A DNA stretch of 64,000 nt, taken from NCBI GenBank assembly GCA_021741075.1, contig JAIOYO010000002.1, positions 28,848 through 92,847 on the forward strand. Direction: 5' to 3'. This document shows positions 17,955-27,966 of this stretch, in pieces. The first letter of the stretch is position 1. Every line of letters begins with the position of its first letter. This DNA is from Flavobacteriales bacterium. GTDB taxonomy: Bacteria; Bacteroidota; Bacteroidia; UBA10329. The position numbers were made by a program, and so were the translations under genes. The notes under the pieces were generated by a model. It was not told the DNA's origin. It saw only the letters and a list, made by a program, of their open reading frames with translations, and did no database searches.

Positions 17955-19171
17955 GGATGTTGCAGCTAGCATACGCAAACCTAAAGGAGCATTTCCTTTC
18001 TACCATTCTTAGCGTAATGCTATTGGGAATTGGCGTAGGAATGGTCTCATTTATCGTCACGGTTAGCGAGCAACTTAACGACCGTTTTAACCGCGACATC
18101 CGTGGTATAGACATGGTGGTGGGCGCCAAGGGCAGTCCGCTGCAGCTCATTCTTTCGGCAGTATATCAAATTGACAACCCTACGGGGAATATTCCGCTTG
18201 CAGAAGTGAACAAACTGAAACGAAACCCACTCATTAAATACAGCATTCCGCTTTCGTATGGCGATAGTTATCAGGGCTACCGCATTGTGGGTACAGACTC
18301 GCTTTATCTAAAGCATTATGGGGCCACTTTTTTTGAAGGAAATGTGTGGAACCGCAGCATGGATGTGGTTTTGGGAAGTGCCGTTGCCGAAAAACTTAAC
18401 CTAAAAATAGGCGCCCATTTTCATGGGAACCATGGGTTTGATGAAGAAGGTCACGCACATGATGATTCCCACTATAATGTGGTGGGAATTTTAAATGAAA
18501 CAGGAACAGTTGCGGATAGGCTTATTCTCACATCTACCGCAAGTGTTTGGGATATTCACAATCATCATGAAGATGAACATGACCACGACCACGCTAGTTG
18601 CGACCATGACCATGTAAAGGATGCGCCCTCAGAAATTACTGCGCTATTAGTAAAATTTAAAAGCCCCATGGGCATCATGCAAATACCTCGTATGGTGAAT
18701 GAAAAAACATCCATGCAGGCGGCAATTCCAGCCATCGAAATCAATAGGCTTTATTCCTTGATGGGTGTCGGATTTACTACCCTGCAAATCATTGGAATGG
18801 TGATTATGTGTATTGCCGCTTTAAGCGTTTTCATCTCCTTGCTCAACTCCTTAAAAGAACGGAAGTACGAGCTCGCACTCATGCGTTCGTTGGGCGCATC
18901 GCCCTTCAAACTTTTTGGACTTATCATTCAAGAAAGCTTGCTGCTTTGCTTAGCTGGTTACACGCTTGGCATCATCTTGGGAAGGGTTGGCATCATGCTA
19001 CTTTCATCCATCGGAGAAGACCAATTTCAATTTTCAGTATCGCAAAGCGGTGTTGCTGATGTAGAAATTTGGCTGCTGCCACTCACGCTCTGCATCGGAC
19101 TTGTTGCAGCACTCATTCCTGCCTTCCGTGCGTATCGTTCAGACATTTCAAGCGTTTTGAGAAATGAATAG
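17951..19171 (+). CDS. FtsX/MacB-type ABC permease with His-rich periplasmic insertion
   Basis: N-terminal TM, large periplasmic domain, three C-terminal TMs (FtsX topology). Contains HFHGNHGFDEEGHAHDDSH and HNHHEDEHDHDHASCDHDH tracts. Overlaps the upstream ATPase by 4 nt. Confidence 0.7.
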   Translation: MRMLQLAYANLKEHFLSTILSVMLLGIGVGMVSFIVTVSEQLNDRFNRDIRGIDMVVGAKGSPLQLILSAVYQIDNPTGNIPLAEVNKLKRNPLIKYSIPLSYGDSYQGYRIVGTDSLYLKHYGATFFEGNVWNRSMDVVLGSAVAEKLNLKIGAHFHGNHGFDEEGHAHDDSHYNVVGILNETGTVADRLILTSTASVWDIHNHHEDEHDHDHASCDHDHVKDAPSEITALLVKFKSPMGIMQIPRMVNEKTSMQAAIPAIEINRLYSLMGVGFTTLQIIGMVIMCIAALSVFISLLNSLKERKYELALMRSLGASPFKLFGLIIQESLLLCLAGYTLGIILGRVGIMLLSSIGEDQFQFSVSQSGVADVEIWLLPLTLCIGLVAALIPAFRAYRSDISSVLRNE

Positions 19172-19610
19172 ACTCATCCCTTTTCTCTTTATCTCTTTAT
19201 CCCTCTTTTCTTATTCAGAAGGAAAGGCGCAGCACAAAAAGGTTGATTGGCCGTTGCTTGCCAAAGTTGTTTGGGGCGAGAAATATTTCAAAGAGTATGA
19301 CGAAACGGTCTTTTATCCCGATTTCAGCAAGGAAGTATTGGCATTGGATAGCGCCCTGATAGAAATTCAAGGATATGTGATTCCTGTTGATGTAGAATCT
19401 GGTTATTACGTGCTTTCGGCCAATCCGTATGCCTCTTGTTTTTTCTGCGGAAACGCAGGGCCCGAAAGCGTGATGGAACTTCAATTTCCAAAGTCGATGA
19501 AATCGGTGTTTAAGATGGATGAAATAGTCACGTTTAAAGGACGACTGAAGCTAAATTGGGATGATTTAGAGCACTGTAATTACATCTTGAAAAACGCCAC
19601 GCCAAAATGA
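19164..19610 (+). CDS. small secreted protein with conserved CFFCGNAGPE motif (DUF3299-like?)
   Basis: 148 aa with signal peptide. Motif GYVIPVD...SANPYASCFFCGNAGPE. Tandem paralog of the next gene. Confidence 0.5.
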   Translation: MNRLIPFLFISLSLFSYSEGKAQHKKVDWPLLAKVVWGEKYFKEYDETVFYPDFSKEVLALDSALIEIQGYVIPVDVESGYYVLSANPYASCFFCGNAGPESVMELQFPKSMKSVFKMDEIVTFKGRLKLNWDDLEHCNYILKNATPK

Positions 19611-20050
19611 TGCGGCTACTCATCGTATTTCTACTAATGATTAGTTCCTCTGCCGGATTCGCTCAAACATTGGTGAGTTGGGACACATTTGCGCAGGTTA
19701 CTTTCTACCGGCAATACTCAGAAACATTTGGGTTTGAGGTAAACGTAAAACCACCCGAATTTGCGCCCAAATTATTGGCCTATCAAGGAAAAGAAATTTT
19801 GGTGAAAGGTTACGTTATTCCTGTGGATGTGGAGTTGGGTATGTACATGGTTTCGGCCAATGCGTTTGCCAATTGCTTTTTTTGCGGAAATGCGGGGCCA
19901 GAAACGGTTGTGGAGATTTTTCCTTCGAGCAAATTACCTCGTTTTAAGACGGATCAAATTGTCACGTTCAAGGGCATTCTTCAAATAAACAAGGAAGGAG
20001 AAATGAATGCCGTGCCTTATCAGCTATTTCAGGCCAAAGTGATTAACTAA
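19607..20050 (+). CDS. small secreted protein with conserved CFFCGNAGPE motif (paralog)
   Basis: 147 aa with signal peptide. GYVIPVD...SANAFANCFFCGNAGPE. 4-nt overlap with the previous paralog. Confidence 0.5.
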   Translation: MMRLLIVFLLMISSSAGFAQTLVSWDTFAQVTFYRQYSETFGFEVNVKPPEFAPKLLAYQGKEILVKGYVIPVDVELGMYMVSANAFANCFFCGNAGPETVVEIFPSSKLPRFKTDQIVTFKGILQINKEGEMNAVPYQLFQAKVIN

Positions 20051-20055
20051 GGTGC

Positions 20056-20499
20056 CTACTTCTCTTTCAGTGCTCCACTAAAAGTGTATTCTTCTTTAAT
20101 CTTACCTTTTTTAGAAACAGTAGCCTTCCCTTCTATTTGGTCAACCAGCACCTTTCCTTCCCACTTAAGCGACATTCCTTTCTGATTTCTGTTGATGGCT
20201 TGAAAGTGATATACCGCATCTTCCATAAGCTTTTCAACTTTAGAAATGGCGTACTCGCCCATTTGAAAACCTCCGCGGTCGGCACTTCGCATTTGAACGG
20301 TTGACATTTTATTGGTTCGAAAACTCAACTCTTCTTCAAACGGCTCTTCCTTTTTCTTCTTGTCGGAAACTTCCTCCATGGTAATCACAAAAACCTTTCG
20401 ATCAAGGAGTTTATCTTTTGGCCTTTTCTGTGCAAACGCACTTTGAACAAGAACTAGCAAGACAACAACCACAGACAATTTTCTTACAATCATGCTCAT
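20056..20499 (-). CDS. hypothetical secreted protein
   Basis: Signal peptide VVLLVLVQSAFAQ, followed by a Lys/Glu-rich sequence. Confidence 0.4.
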   Translation of the reverse strand: MSMIVRKLSVVVVLLVLVQSAFAQKRPKDKLLDRKVFVITMEEVSDKKKKEEPFEEELSFRTNKMSTVQMRSADRGGFQMGEYAISKVEKLMEDAVYHFQAINRNQKGMSLKWEGKVLVDQIEGKATVSKKGKIKEEYTFSGALKEK

Positions 20500-20942
20500 C
20501 CAAAGTTCCTTAAATACTCGATTTTGTCGTAAAGATTGGCTTTCAACTGACTGCCAGCTATTCTAAAATCTTGCATTTCGTCTGCCATATCCTTGTGCTT
20601 AAAAGGCAGCTCGCGGTCTTTCAGTAACACTCGGTCTTCAACTACGCGTTGAAGGTATTCTTCGTGCATTTTCAGTCTGTTCTTCTGGTTTTCAACCCGG
20701 TGCTCAACAAACGAAGTCAGTGTTTCTTTTAGTAACTGAATGTCCCTTTTTTCAACTGGATCAGACGCTTTTAAACCATAAATATCAACCATTCGCTGAT
20801 AGAACAAAAGGTCTATAACCAACGTGTTGAGTTCTGATTGCCATTCGCGGGTTTCGCTATGGTTGCGCTGCGCCTGTTTTCTATCGTTTACCTCTACCGA
20901 CATGAACCAAATATAGCTAGGATCAATGAAACTGAAATGCAA
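20496..20942 (-). CDS. hypothetical protein
   Basis: 148-aa ORF, 4-nt overlap with the downstream gene, helical and charged. No motif recognised. Confidence 0.35.
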   Translation of the reverse strand: MHFSFIDPSYIWFMSVEVNDRKQAQRNHSETREWQSELNTLVIDLLFYQRMVDIYGLKASDPVEKRDIQLLKETLTSFVEHRVENQKNRLKMHEEYLQRVVEDRVLLKDRELPFKHKDMADEMQDFRIAGSQLKANLYDKIEYLRNFG

Positions 20943-20978
20943 GGAACTTTCGCCCTCTTCGGTTGTTAGCTTTGCCGC

Positions 20979-22016
20979 GTGGATAGCTTAACACAAATTG
21001 TACTTGGAGCAGCGGTTGCTGAGGCCACTCTTGGCAAAAAAGTTGGCAATAAGGCGCTTCTTTGGGGCGGCATAGCGGGAACCATTCCTGATTTAGATGT
21101 GTTTTACATTAAGCTGATTGGCGGTGGAGCGATTGAAGAAATTGTGCTGCATCGGGGCATTTCGCACTCCATCACGTTTGCTGTTCTCATGGCTCCGCTC
21201 CTTGGCTGGATTGTGCATTGGCTTTACAGAAAGAAAAATGAAGCTACTTTCTTGCAATGGACCAATCTGTTTTTCTGGGCCATTTTCACTCATCCACTTC
21301 TCGACAGTTTAACTACCTACGGAACACAACTCTTTCTTCCCTTTTCGGATTATCGCGTAACCATTGCCACCGTTTTTGTAGTGGATTTGTTTTATACCAT
21401 TCCATTTCTGCTGAGTGTGATTGCCGTCTCCTTCATCAACCGTACAAATGGCTGGCGCAGAAAAATCAATTATCTCGGACTCGGAGTTAGTTCAGCTTAC
21501 TTGCTTGCAGGGCTAGTAAATAAATATGTGGCAAGCGATGTGTTCCGAAAAGACCTTGCTACTGAACCCGAAAAGAAAGAGTTGGTTTTTGTGGGAACCA
21601 CACCTTTGAACATCGCTCTTTGGTATGGTGTGGCAGAATCAGACTCGGCATTTCATATTGGTTATTATTCCTTTTTTGATGAAACGAAAGATGTCTCGTG
21701 GGTTTCGTTTCAAAAGAACCACCACTTGATTGCGGGCATTGAAAACGAATATGGCGTTGAACGATTGAGATGGTTTGGTGATCAGCTTTTTGTGCTCACT
21801 CAATCATCGCCAGATACCATCAATTTTTATACACTTAAATTCGGGAGGAGTAGTTTCAAGTCTACAAGCCCAGATGAATCTTTCATTTTCTATTTCCAGA
21901 TTATTCGCAATGCGGATGGTAGTTTGGCGTATGAATCTATTCGCAATACGGAAGGGTTGGATGTAAAAAAGCAGCTTGGGGAGTTAAAAGACCGAATTCT
22001 CGGTTTGAAACCATAA
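20979..22016 (+). CDS. membrane-bound metal-dependent hydrolase (YdjM/DUF457 family)
   Basis: N-terminus MDSLTQIVLGAAVAEA...GTIPDLDVF is typical of the YdjM/LexA-regulated inner membrane hydrolase family. Several TMs. Confidence 0.55.
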   Translation: MDSLTQIVLGAAVAEATLGKKVGNKALLWGGIAGTIPDLDVFYIKLIGGGAIEEIVLHRGISHSITFAVLMAPLLGWIVHWLYRKKNEATFLQWTNLFFWAIFTHPLLDSLTTYGTQLFLPFSDYRVTIATVFVVDLFYTIPFLLSVIAVSFINRTNGWRRKINYLGLGVSSAYLLAGLVNKYVASDVFRKDLATEPEKKELVFVGTTPLNIALWYGVAESDSAFHIGYYSFFDETKDVSWVSFQKNHHLIAGIENEYGVERLRWFGDQLFVLTQSSPDTINFYTLKFGRSSFKSTSPDESFIFYFQIIRNADGSLAYESIRNTEGLDVKKQLGELKDRILGLKP

Positions 22017-22092
22017 TTCTCGGTTTGAAACTCAAATTTTGAGTATTCTTTAAATCCTTTTCCTAGATATACATGATACCTTTGGGTTTAGC

Positions 22093-22968
22093 ATGACAAT
22101 CCAAAATCCTCAGGTTTTTACTGACAAGCAACTCCAACGCCATTTTGATGACTTCGGGTTTGTGCGAATTAATTTGCTCAATCTGGAGGAAACAGAGGAG
22201 CTGTTAAATTCTTATGAAGCACTTCCCCGCCCACGAGAATCTGGGTTTCACTGTACTATGTTTAGTCCAGATGCGGATTTGAAAACGTCAGTCGATTCCA
22301 TTATTAAAAACGCTTTGGTTGAAAAACTGAAACCACACTTTAAACAACACACTGCTCTGTATGGAAATTTTATGGTGAAAGAGCCAGGAGAAGAAAGCGA
22401 CTGGTTTGTGCACCAAGATTGGACCTATGTGGATGAAGCACAACATGTAAGTGTTGCCGTTTGGGTCCCACTAGTCGACCTCACCGAGAAAAACGGTGTT
22501 CTGTGTGTTGTTCCTGGTTCCCAAAAGATTCCAAATACGGTTAGAGGCCCAGGGGTGCATGATCCGTGGACAGATTTGCATCAAGTCATCAAAGAAGAAT
22601 ATCACGAAAAAGTTTTTCTAAAAGCAGGAGAAGCTATAGTGTGGCACCATCGTTTGGTTCACTTCTCGCCACCAAACATGTCTGATGAGCCCAGAATTGC
22701 AGCAACGCTTATCTGCACTCCAACCAATGTGCCGGTGTATCACTACTGGAAAGATCCATTGCAACAAGGAACTTTGGCCAGAAAATACCAGGTCGATTGC
22801 CGTTTTTTCATGAACTATGACATTGTGAATGAGCCAGCTAATGTGCCGTTTTCAGGACTGGTAGACAGCCACTTCCCAGATTTGGACCTGAACAGACTGA
22901 AGTCATTTTCCAATGAGCCTGTCGATGCTAGCTTTGTACACGGACCTCCACTGACAACCAATGCATAG
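22093..22968 (+). CDS. PhyH-family Fe(II)/2-oxoglutarate dioxygenase
   Basis: HQDWTYVDE (HxD facial triad) ... HHRLVHFSPPN distal His. Confidence 0.7.
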   Translation: MTIQNPQVFTDKQLQRHFDDFGFVRINLLNLEETEELLNSYEALPRPRESGFHCTMFSPDADLKTSVDSIIKNALVEKLKPHFKQHTALYGNFMVKEPGEESDWFVHQDWTYVDEAQHVSVAVWVPLVDLTEKNGVLCVVPGSQKIPNTVRGPGVHDPWTDLHQVIKEEYHEKVFLKAGEAIVWHHRLVHFSPPNMSDEPRIAATLICTPTNVPVYHYWKDPLQQGTLARKYQVDCRFFMNYDIVNEPANVPFSGLVDSHFPDLDLNRLKSFSNEPVDASFVHGPPLTTNA

Positions 22969-23812
22969 ACGGGTATTAAAAGATGCTGAGCTGCAAGCCA
23001 GATTCGATCAGGACGGATTTGTGGTCATTGATATGTTCTCAAATCAAGAATTCAACGAGTTGAAATCGATTCTGAGCCAGCTCAATGAGGAGAAGAAAGA
23101 CCTACAGTTCAATATCAATACCGATTACAAACTCAGTTTTTTCAGCACAGAACCTAATTATAGGAAACAGGTATTCAATTCGATTAGCGCGTTCTGCATG
23201 CCTGTTGTAAGTCGGTTTTTGGATGAATATGAACCGCTCATCGTGAACACGTTTGACAAGGAACCTGGCGAAGGAGAAGTACCCATTCATCAGAATTGGA
23301 CATTCGTTGATGAATCGAAGGCCACTTCCGTATCGGTTTGGATACCGATGATAGACACCACACGCGTCAACGGAACAATGGAGGTGGTGAAAGGCAGCCA
23401 TCGCGTTCTTTCAAGCTATCGTAGTCCCTCTATTCCGTGGGTGTTTGAAAACCTGCGGCATGAGATCAGAACCAAGTACATGGAACCGATTGATGCAAAG
23501 GTCGGTCAGGCCGTGATTCTGGATGATAGTATTCTGCATTACACCTCGCAAAATGATAGTGAAACCGTTCGGTCGGCCATTCAGCTGATTATGAAACCGA
23601 ACGATGTGCCTGCCATTCATTATCACATACCTTCCACCAGCTCTGTTGGTGTAGATGTATATGAGGTGGATTGGGAATTTTTCACACGGTTCAATATGAA
23701 TGAACCTCCTACAGGTGTGAAAAAGGTAGATGAATTGACCATCCACCAACATTTCCTTACCGAAGCTGAATTGGTTGATAGGATTGCACCATTGAAAGTC
23801 GCTGATCGCTGA
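22961..23812 (+). CDS. PhyH-family dioxygenase paralog with HxN variant of the iron motif
   Basis: IHQNWTFVDE aligns to the HxDW..VDE motif of its neighbours but carries Asn in place of Asp. Distal His in ILHYTSQN. Overlaps the upstream gene by 8 nt. Confidence 0.6.
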   Translation: MHRRVLKDAELQARFDQDGFVVIDMFSNQEFNELKSILSQLNEEKKDLQFNINTDYKLSFFSTEPNYRKQVFNSISAFCMPVVSRFLDEYEPLIVNTFDKEPGEGEVPIHQNWTFVDESKATSVSVWIPMIDTTRVNGTMEVVKGSHRVLSSYRSPSIPWVFENLRHEIRTKYMEPIDAKVGQAVILDDSILHYTSQNDSETVRSAIQLIMKPNDVPAIHYHIPSTSSVGVDVYEVDWEFFTRFNMNEPPTGVKKVDELTIHQHFLTEAELVDRIAPLKVADR

Positions 23813-23815
23813 CCT

Positions 23816-25384
23816 ATGCCAACATCCGGTTTAGCCAAATCCTTCATTGATTTGAAAACACTTGACGAGCGTGGTTTCACGTTGGTTTCCGCTCTTTCGC
23901 TAAAGGACATACTGAACCTGTTGATATTTTTCGATAAGCATCCTCATACTTCGAAGGGAGGCTCGTTTCATTCCACCATGGAACAGACAGAAGTTGACTA
24001 CAAGAAAATGGTTGACGAAAAGCTAAAGTCTGTTCTTAGTGACCAGATAGAACTGATGCTGCCGGGTCATGAGATCCTGTTCGGCAACTTTTTGGTGAAA
24101 GAGCCCGGGGCGAGCGGAAGTGTGGGTATTCACACCGATTGGTCGTATGTTGACGAATCCGTTCACACGTCATACAACCTCTGGATTCCTTTGACGGATG
24201 TGAATGAGCACAACGGATGTCTACATGTGTGGCCCGAAAGTCACAGGTTCACTCCACGTGTACGGACAACCCCCTATGTTCCGTTCAGCACTAAAGAGCA
24301 GCAAATGGTCCAGTTCAACTCTGTAGCGGTTCTATTATCTGCAGGACAGGGAGTGCTCTACCATAGCGGCCTTCTTCATTATTCCAACCCGAACAATACA
24401 CCAGATAATAGACCGGCCATTGCCTTGGTCATTGTTCCGAAGGGCGCACAACCGATGCATTACTATCGGCCAGAGCCGAACGGGTCAGAAGTGGAAGTCC
24501 ACAAGGTGGACCGCTCGTTTTTCCTTACGCACCTGCCTCAGTCCCGACCAACAGGAACCAAATTAGTGAAGACTGACGAAGTGCCGGTGTTCACATTAAG
24601 TACCGAAAGCGTACTGGAATCAGATGCTACGCAAACCAAGGTTTCTAACTACTATGACGAGTGGACCGGGGCTTACAGGGATATTTATGGAGATGTAATC
24701 CAAGCATTCCGTCCGAAAGATGAGACCGCTCTTCTCAACTATATCATGCACAGCGCTAGGATTGAAAACGGCCAAAGGATAGTCGATGCCGGTTGCGGCA
24801 TCTGCGGTCCTGCCATTTACTTCGCTCAGAACCGGGCGGTGCACATTGAGGCCATTACCCTATCGGGCGTGCAGACATCGATTGCAAACGAACGTATTTC
24901 TGCGGCCGGTCTACAAGAACTGATAACCTGCACTCAAGGCGATTTCCGGCTAATGGATTCTCTTGTAACCAGCGGAATGGATGGTGTCATCTTCTTAGAA
25001 TCGCTGGGGCATAGCACCAATGCACAAATGGCCATTCTGGCAGCCTACAGGGTGCTAAGGACGGGCGGCTTCATCTACATAAAGGACTTTTTTCCGCGAG
25101 AGTCGGCCAATCCAGAGATTCAACAGCGTATCGATAAAACAATAGACAACATCAATCGAGCATATAACTATGCCGTGCTCGACCTGAATAAGACATTGAG
25201 CCACCTTCGGAAAGCAGGGTTTGTAATAGATTTCATTCAAAGCCTGAACTTTGAAAGCGATACAGAAATTAGACGCAATTTTGAATCACAACACGGCATA
25301 TCGGTTTTCGAAGGAGGGGAGTTTATGCCAGCAGAGTGGCTCGAAATAAGGGCTGTTAAATATTTTGAGGAGGATGATAGATAA
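23816..25384 (+). CDS. fusion protein: PhyH-family dioxygenase (N) plus class I SAM-dependent methyltransferase (C)
   Basis: N-terminal half has GIHTDWSYVDE ... LLHYSNPN. C-terminal half has MTase motif I RIVDAGCGICGPAIYFA and post-I acidic/Rossmann pattern. Confidence 0.7.
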   Translation: MPTSGLAKSFIDLKTLDERGFTLVSALSLKDILNLLIFFDKHPHTSKGGSFHSTMEQTEVDYKKMVDEKLKSVLSDQIELMLPGHEILFGNFLVKEPGASGSVGIHTDWSYVDESVHTSYNLWIPLTDVNEHNGCLHVWPESHRFTPRVRTTPYVPFSTKEQQMVQFNSVAVLLSAGQGVLYHSGLLHYSNPNNTPDNRPAIALVIVPKGAQPMHYYRPEPNGSEVEVHKVDRSFFLTHLPQSRPTGTKLVKTDEVPVFTLSTESVLESDATQTKVSNYYDEWTGAYRDIYGDVIQAFRPKDETALLNYIMHSARIENGQRIVDAGCGICGPAIYFAQNRAVHIEAITLSGVQTSIANERISAAGLQELITCTQGDFRLMDSLVTSGMDGVIFLESLGHSTNAQMAILAAYRVLRTGGFIYIKDFFPRESANPEIQQRIDKTIDNINRAYNYAVLDLNKTLSHLRKAGFVIDFIQSLNFESDTEIRRNFESQHGISVFEGGEFMPAEWLEIRAVKYFEEDDR

Positions 25385-26210
25385 GATTGCTTTTGACAGA
25401 TTGGTGTTCACAGACCCAGAATTGAATTCACGCTTCAAATCTGAAGGATATGTGATTGTCAAAGGGTTCCTGTCTGAAAACGAGGTGGAACGCCTTGCAA
25501 CGTTCTATGAAGAACATCCTTCTGAGAGACGTACTGGTTTTCACACGACACTGCACGACAGCCGACCTGATTATCGCGAGTCGGTAACGAATGAGGTGAA
25601 TGACGTGTTCTACCCCAAAGCACAGAAATTACTGGTTGGATATGAACCTGTTTTTTCGTGTTTTACAGTAAAAGAACAGGATGCAGAAAGCGGTTTTGAC
25701 CTTCACCTTGACTGGAGCATGGTGGATGAAAAACAGTTCACTTCTGTCACCATCTGGTCTCCACTTACAGACATCACAGATACAAACGGTCTACTCTGGG
25801 TTCTTCCTGGAAGCCACCAATTCGAATATACCATCCGTGGAGGACCTGGATTGAGACTGTGGTGCGAAAAGCCTGCGCATGAGTGTTCTCAACGTTTTTC
25901 CATCCTTGAGCTGAAGTTGGCAAAAGGAGACGCCATCATCTACGACCATCGGTTATTTCATGGGTCGCCACCAAATCAAAGTAATCAGCGAAGGGTAGCA
26001 ATCAACTATTCAAGTATTCCTATAGCTGCTGAGTCCTTGCACTACCTGTTCAATGGAGATTCAGAAGTGCGAAGCCGATGTATCTCTCCTAATTACTATC
26101 ATCATCATATCCTTGACTATCTAGAAAATTGTGGTTTATACATAAACCGTAAAGAAATTGGAGGCAGCTTTCTTACCCAATCAGATGTGAACACATTAGT
26201 TAGAGACTAG
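25365..26210 (+). CDS. PhyH-family Fe(II)/2-oxoglutarate dioxygenase
   Basis: DLHLDWSMVDE ... RLFHGSPPN. Overlaps the upstream gene. Confidence 0.7.
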   Translation: MRRMIDKIAFDRLVFTDPELNSRFKSEGYVIVKGFLSENEVERLATFYEEHPSERRTGFHTTLHDSRPDYRESVTNEVNDVFYPKAQKLLVGYEPVFSCFTVKEQDAESGFDLHLDWSMVDEKQFTSVTIWSPLTDITDTNGLLWVLPGSHQFEYTIRGGPGLRLWCEKPAHECSQRFSILELKLAKGDAIIYDHRLFHGSPPNQSNQRRVAINYSSIPIAAESLHYLFNGDSEVRSRCISPNYYHHHILDYLENCGLYINRKEIGGSFLTQSDVNTLVRD

Positions 26211-26274
26211 ACAGCGGCACCGTGACGAATGGAAATATAGCAATGAATCTTATTATAAGTCTAAGGCACCAAAT

Positions 26275-27966
26275 ATGCGTGCAATAATGGATACAAGAAG
26301 CACTAAAAACACAACCTGGTTGCGCTTTTTCATTTCGCTATTGTCGGTTTGTTCGTTGACGTTGCTGGTTCGCCTAATAATGGATGGTTGGTTTTATCAG
26401 ACGCAAAGTGACACAGTTTTCCCAACGTACATTTTCGGTTTATATAATGGTGGGACAAACGCAATGCCAGACACTTTTGGCTGTTTTTCAGGCATTTCGC
26501 ATGGTCTAAACGCCTTGTATCATGCGGGATTTCGCAATATTTATGATCATCTCCAGGTTATCCTAGTGACCTTATGCATGGTTTATTGGGTGTTTGTGCT
26601 TTTGCCAAACAACTGGAACTCAAAAGGCCCGAACGCATTCATTTTGGTGCCAATATTCATTCATCTTAGTGATTTGGTGTTGCCTTTTGAGTTTTCAAAA
26701 ACGGCCATGATTGTGTCTTTGACTGGATTTCATATTAGCAGTAACCGCGATGGATTCTTGTCTGCAGTTTTTGGTACTCTACTTATTTCCATTGGTTTTT
26801 GTATCAGGCCTGAGCCAGTAGTTATTATGCTAATCATGGCTTTGGCGCTATTTCCCTTGCAAGCCAGTCTCAAGTTTGTCAAACAAGGTGGTCGCACTTT
26901 GCTTTTAGCTGTATTGGCGATAGTTGGGCTAAGTCAATATTTTCTGAACTCAGACCGAACACCTTCAAACACACATTACAAAGAAATTAGACCATATGAA
27001 TACGCCCTTGTAGATTTTAGGAAAAACGATTTAGAACTCACCGACTTTGAACCTTCGGATCAAGCTAAGATAATAGCCGCTCAGAGCTTCTTTTTTGCGG
27101 ACAAAGAACAATTGAATGTGGCTTATTTTAAATCGATTGGAATTGCTCCGATAGACAAGAGTCCCGTTTCACTTGTTAAGTCATTTTTTAGGCCAAATTG
27201 GATTGCAGATGGATTGAAAAATTTTTGGAGGCGCACGTCTTCCATTAAATTTCATTTTTTCACCTTTTTGCTCTTGGTTCTAATTTTTTGGAATCAGCAC
27301 CGTCAGATTTCAATTTACCTACTATTAATCACAGCCCTCATTGTTGTTGTAAGCGTATTTCTGAAAACTGAGCATCACTTCATTACGACCATTATGATGG
27401 CAGCATTGCTACTAATTGGCACAAACGAAAATGTTGGAAACTCCGCCAACTACTCCCAAGGCAAGTTTTGGGCTCTTTGCCTCTTTTCTTTAGTATTAGC
27501 TGGATTTGCCTTAGCAGAAAAAAAAACAATCACCCAGTCCTCTAGCCAAAAACACAATTACTACGCGCATGTAGCCAACGAAGTAGAACATCTGAATCCA
27601 AATTCCTTGGTTTTGAACATTTCGTTTTGGGACAACCTTCATTACAAACTTTATGCTCCTATTCAACCATTACAACATGAAAGTATGTCGGTTCTTGACG
27701 GAGGCATTTTGTATTTAAACCAGGAGTATCAAGAAATAATACAAATAAAATCTGGAGAAAGTGAGTTCATTCTTCAATTTATGAACTTCGCCATAACCAA
27801 GCAAAAGATTTTCGTTTCATCTCAGAAAAGAATGGATTTAATCATTGATTATTTAAATACTGTACACGGTACTTCGCTTAGGTGTAGCCAGATTAAAACT
27901 TTCAAACTTGAGGATCAACAAACAGCTTGCGAAGAAATCGGACTATTTATGATTAAAGAAGTTTAG
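26275..27966 (+). CDS. integral membrane protein (N-terminal polytopic domain plus C-terminal soluble domain)
   Basis: 563 aa; about 10 TM helices in the first ~420 aa, then a hydrophilic C-terminus. No known motif. Confidence 0.45.
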   Translation: MRAIMDTRSTKNTTWLRFFISLLSVCSLTLLVRLIMDGWFYQTQSDTVFPTYIFGLYNGGTNAMPDTFGCFSGISHGLNALYHAGFRNIYDHLQVILVTLCMVYWVFVLLPNNWNSKGPNAFILVPIFIHLSDLVLPFEFSKTAMIVSLTGFHISSNRDGFLSAVFGTLLISIGFCIRPEPVVIMLIMALALFPLQASLKFVKQGGRTLLLAVLAIVGLSQYFLNSDRTPSNTHYKEIRPYEYALVDFRKNDLELTDFEPSDQAKIIAAQSFFFADKEQLNVAYFKSIGIAPIDKSPVSLVKSFFRPNWIADGLKNFWRRTSSIKFHFFTFLLLVLIFWNQHRQISIYLLLITALIVVVSVFLKTEHHFITTIMMAALLLIGTNENVGNSANYSQGKFWALCLFSLVLAGFALAEKKTITQSSSQKHNYYAHVANEVEHLNPNSLVLNISFWDNLHYKLYAPIQPLQHESMSVLDGGILYLNQEYQEIIQIKSGESEFILQFMNFAITKQKIFVSSQKRMDLIIDYLNTVHGTSLRCSQIKTFKLEDQQTACEEIGLFMIKEV

